IMG/VR virus record: IMGVR_UViG_3300017722_000571
Coordinates: 1-25,282 of that record
DNA from: a virus
Lineage: Duplodnaviria > Caudoviricetes
Direction: 5' to 3' (one strand)
DNA: 25,282 nt
Shown here: in pieces, positions 24,901 to 25,282 of the stretch
Numbering within the stretch: the stretch's first letter is position 1
How the letters are laid out: each line of letters starts with the position of its first letter
The notes under the pieces: model-generated
What the model was told of the DNA's origin: nothing
Seen by the model: the letters and a program-made list of their open reading frames with translations, nothing else
Database searches by the model: none
Position numbers and translations under genes: made by a program

Positions 24901-25147
24901 AGGTCCACCACCAGAGGAAGAAGCACCTACTATGGATGCAGGTTTCCCACGTCAAGCACGTAAACTAATGCAGTCATTTCCGACCGCACAAACACGTGGT
25001 ACTAAGCCTCAGGCAAAACCACCAGCACCTGCTCCTGCAGCACCGTCCGCGCCTCAAGGACCAGCAGGAGCACCTGTATCAAATAGTCGTAAGATGCTTC
25101 AATCCTTGTTCCCGATGGATACTATTTCGGGAATGGGTGCAGCGTAG
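21941..25147 (+). CDS. Large internal virion / DNA ejection protein 4
   Basis: 1068 aa, last gene of the late operon; N-terminal Gly/Ala-rich hydrophobic segments (AGVVGGLVGLTAGYLA), a helical body and a Pro-rich tail; no lytic domain recognised. Confidence 0.65.
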   Translation: MEKGDGFSKNTTIDLGDGTELVPAQSSPLQGVRDLFGKGSSSPPPSPSAIDLGDGTELVGEPTLQEKATEVMYGTGIGAAQGGGTFGTAVAGARTAAAAMPIPQLKPAAGVVGGLVGLTAGYLATHNIDQLFPELARADLIPYREGGKTFGETIASAPVAFGIPVMQANRVARMISTIGEGARKYPKSYLAGELLSGIGAGTAGGISESYFPGEAGPRFGAEVAGGMFTPGRMLVSGAGAINNAITGIASSFSASSREGRAANALYKILSDSQAGTDVPKLIKLLEQPLPSVDGEIIKPTAGQKTGDLGLTILETTLARRHAEYGGKIADQGAKAMMAYEELVSRLRNLGSPEALQLAAKLRADKTEAMLEDRLTQADEVAASKIAKIQKDSPQTRPQIGEIVRSETERALADARSHEKELWDRAYKGSLRTKTVKGQKVLVFKEVNPANAGESFLEIATSMTPERFNYRMPAEIKGIMARLGVDESAIAQYAAGKRTQEYLQTGKVPMEYLTKVQGKKIVPLFKNTNIQDLINIRSDLLAFSREAAASGKTAEAGFYGKMAESVLDDLASSKNPAYDDARQFSRQLNDFFTRTYSGDISAVNKKGADKLPAEVLISKAFGSNNDVTALRMGEIEDAVGMMGKQYDDAVTKFGANSPQAQQLKPYADVSKQQVVSIRDANARVLRLAALETLDPVTQRVSPARLQQFVNKNKDLLGKLGLTDDLSDAVKAETAYLSLKSDFSAVNLRLKEQAAFSKVLQAGENPTLAITDAINSRYPVKTINSIVRLAKASGPDAVAGLKSTMYDYAFTKASTGNGNFSAEAFNKAFFEPIANGQPSIYNILRSQDAISLTEAKNMKRLINPMIRIEAAIKSNRVTDDVVNGADALLELGLRATGAKFGAELTPGSTGSLVAASAGSKFMRKQFDKLPTMMVKNILEEASKDPQAMALLLRRGVSQNQKYDISAKLAPFLARTAFGARAPMLNLFDPGPPPEEEAPTMDAGFPRQARKLMQSFPTAQTRGTKPQAKPPAPAPAAPSAPQGPAGAPVSNSRKMLQSLFPMDTISGMGAA
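21975..22116 (+). repeat. Perfect 31-bp direct repeat CAATAGATTTAGGGGACGGTACAGAATTAGT (21975-22005 and 22086-22116)
   Basis: Read directly from the sequence; 111-bp period; encodes IDLGDGTELV twice. Confidence 0.95.
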
Positions 25148-25281
25148 TACTTCTCTACTCGTCTCATCCAATCTTCTTTATATCGTACAAACTCCTGGCC
25201 GGCTGTGGAATATTCCATAGTCGTGCCATCTTGTACTGCCATTAACACTACGCCGTTCTCAATACTAGTACCGTGAATAAT
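25099..25281 (-). CDS. 3' end of a probable PD-(D/E)XK (Cas4/MGME1-like) exonuclease; start lies outside the window
   Basis: The reverse strand reads ...IIHGTSIENGVVLMAVQDGTTMEYSTAGQEFVRYKEDWMRRVEKYYAAPIPEIVSIGNKD*. The HGT-x-I-x-x-GV-x-LM...W-x-x-RV-x-x-YY pattern resembles phage exonuclease C-termini; catalytic motifs are not in the window. Confidence 0.6.
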   Translation of the reverse strand: MIHGTSIENGVVLMAVQDGTTMEYSTAGQEFVRYKEDWMRRVEKYYAAPIPEIVSIGNKD

Positions 25282-25282
25282 A

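Noticed and set aside
12733-25220. Alternative-frame + strand ORFs (12733-12927, 15861-16052, 19558-19797, 24996-25220)
   Set aside because: They are short, nested in long genes, lack a convincing RBS or recognisable motif, and are expected by chance.

Overview
The window is a 25.3 kb piece of the late (virion morphogenesis) region of a lytic, podovirus-like tailed dsDNA phage. Gene content and order resemble aquatic HTVC010P/P22-style podoviruses; this is an inference made without any database search. Almost every gene is on the + strand and tightly coupled through TAATG/ATGA overlaps. The order is: a 5'-truncated Gly-rich adhesin with two tandem gp38-like modules, small accessory genes (an internally duplicated protein, a cupin, a DUF6321-like protein, small K/M/G-rich proteins), two head-tail adaptor-like genes, small tail proteins, a long tail fibre with an S74 intramolecular chaperone, a second gp38-like adhesin, a fibre chaperone, an AT-rich methyltransferase-like gene, an M15 endolysin and holin, a tail hub/nozzle, two small tail genes, a structured intergenic leader and four large internal-virion (DNA ejection) proteins. 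The window ends in the 3' end of a convergent minus-strand nuclease-like gene. Three ORFs missing from the supplied track were found (6297-6422, 14414-14590 and 25099->25281 on the minus strand). The most notable observations are: (1) an ejection protein whose two 10-unit, ~25-aa repeat arms are exact mirror images in unit order, suggesting a co-expanded antiparallel hairpin or envelope ruler; (2) a shared hydrophobic-x-x-G-G motif and a duplicated tape-measure-like module across the putative head-packaged proteins; (3) two parallel adhesin-chaperone-enzyme cassettes; (4) a candidate structured RNA switch overlapping the RBS of the ejection operon. No CRISPR array, tRNA, rRNA or mobile element was seen.
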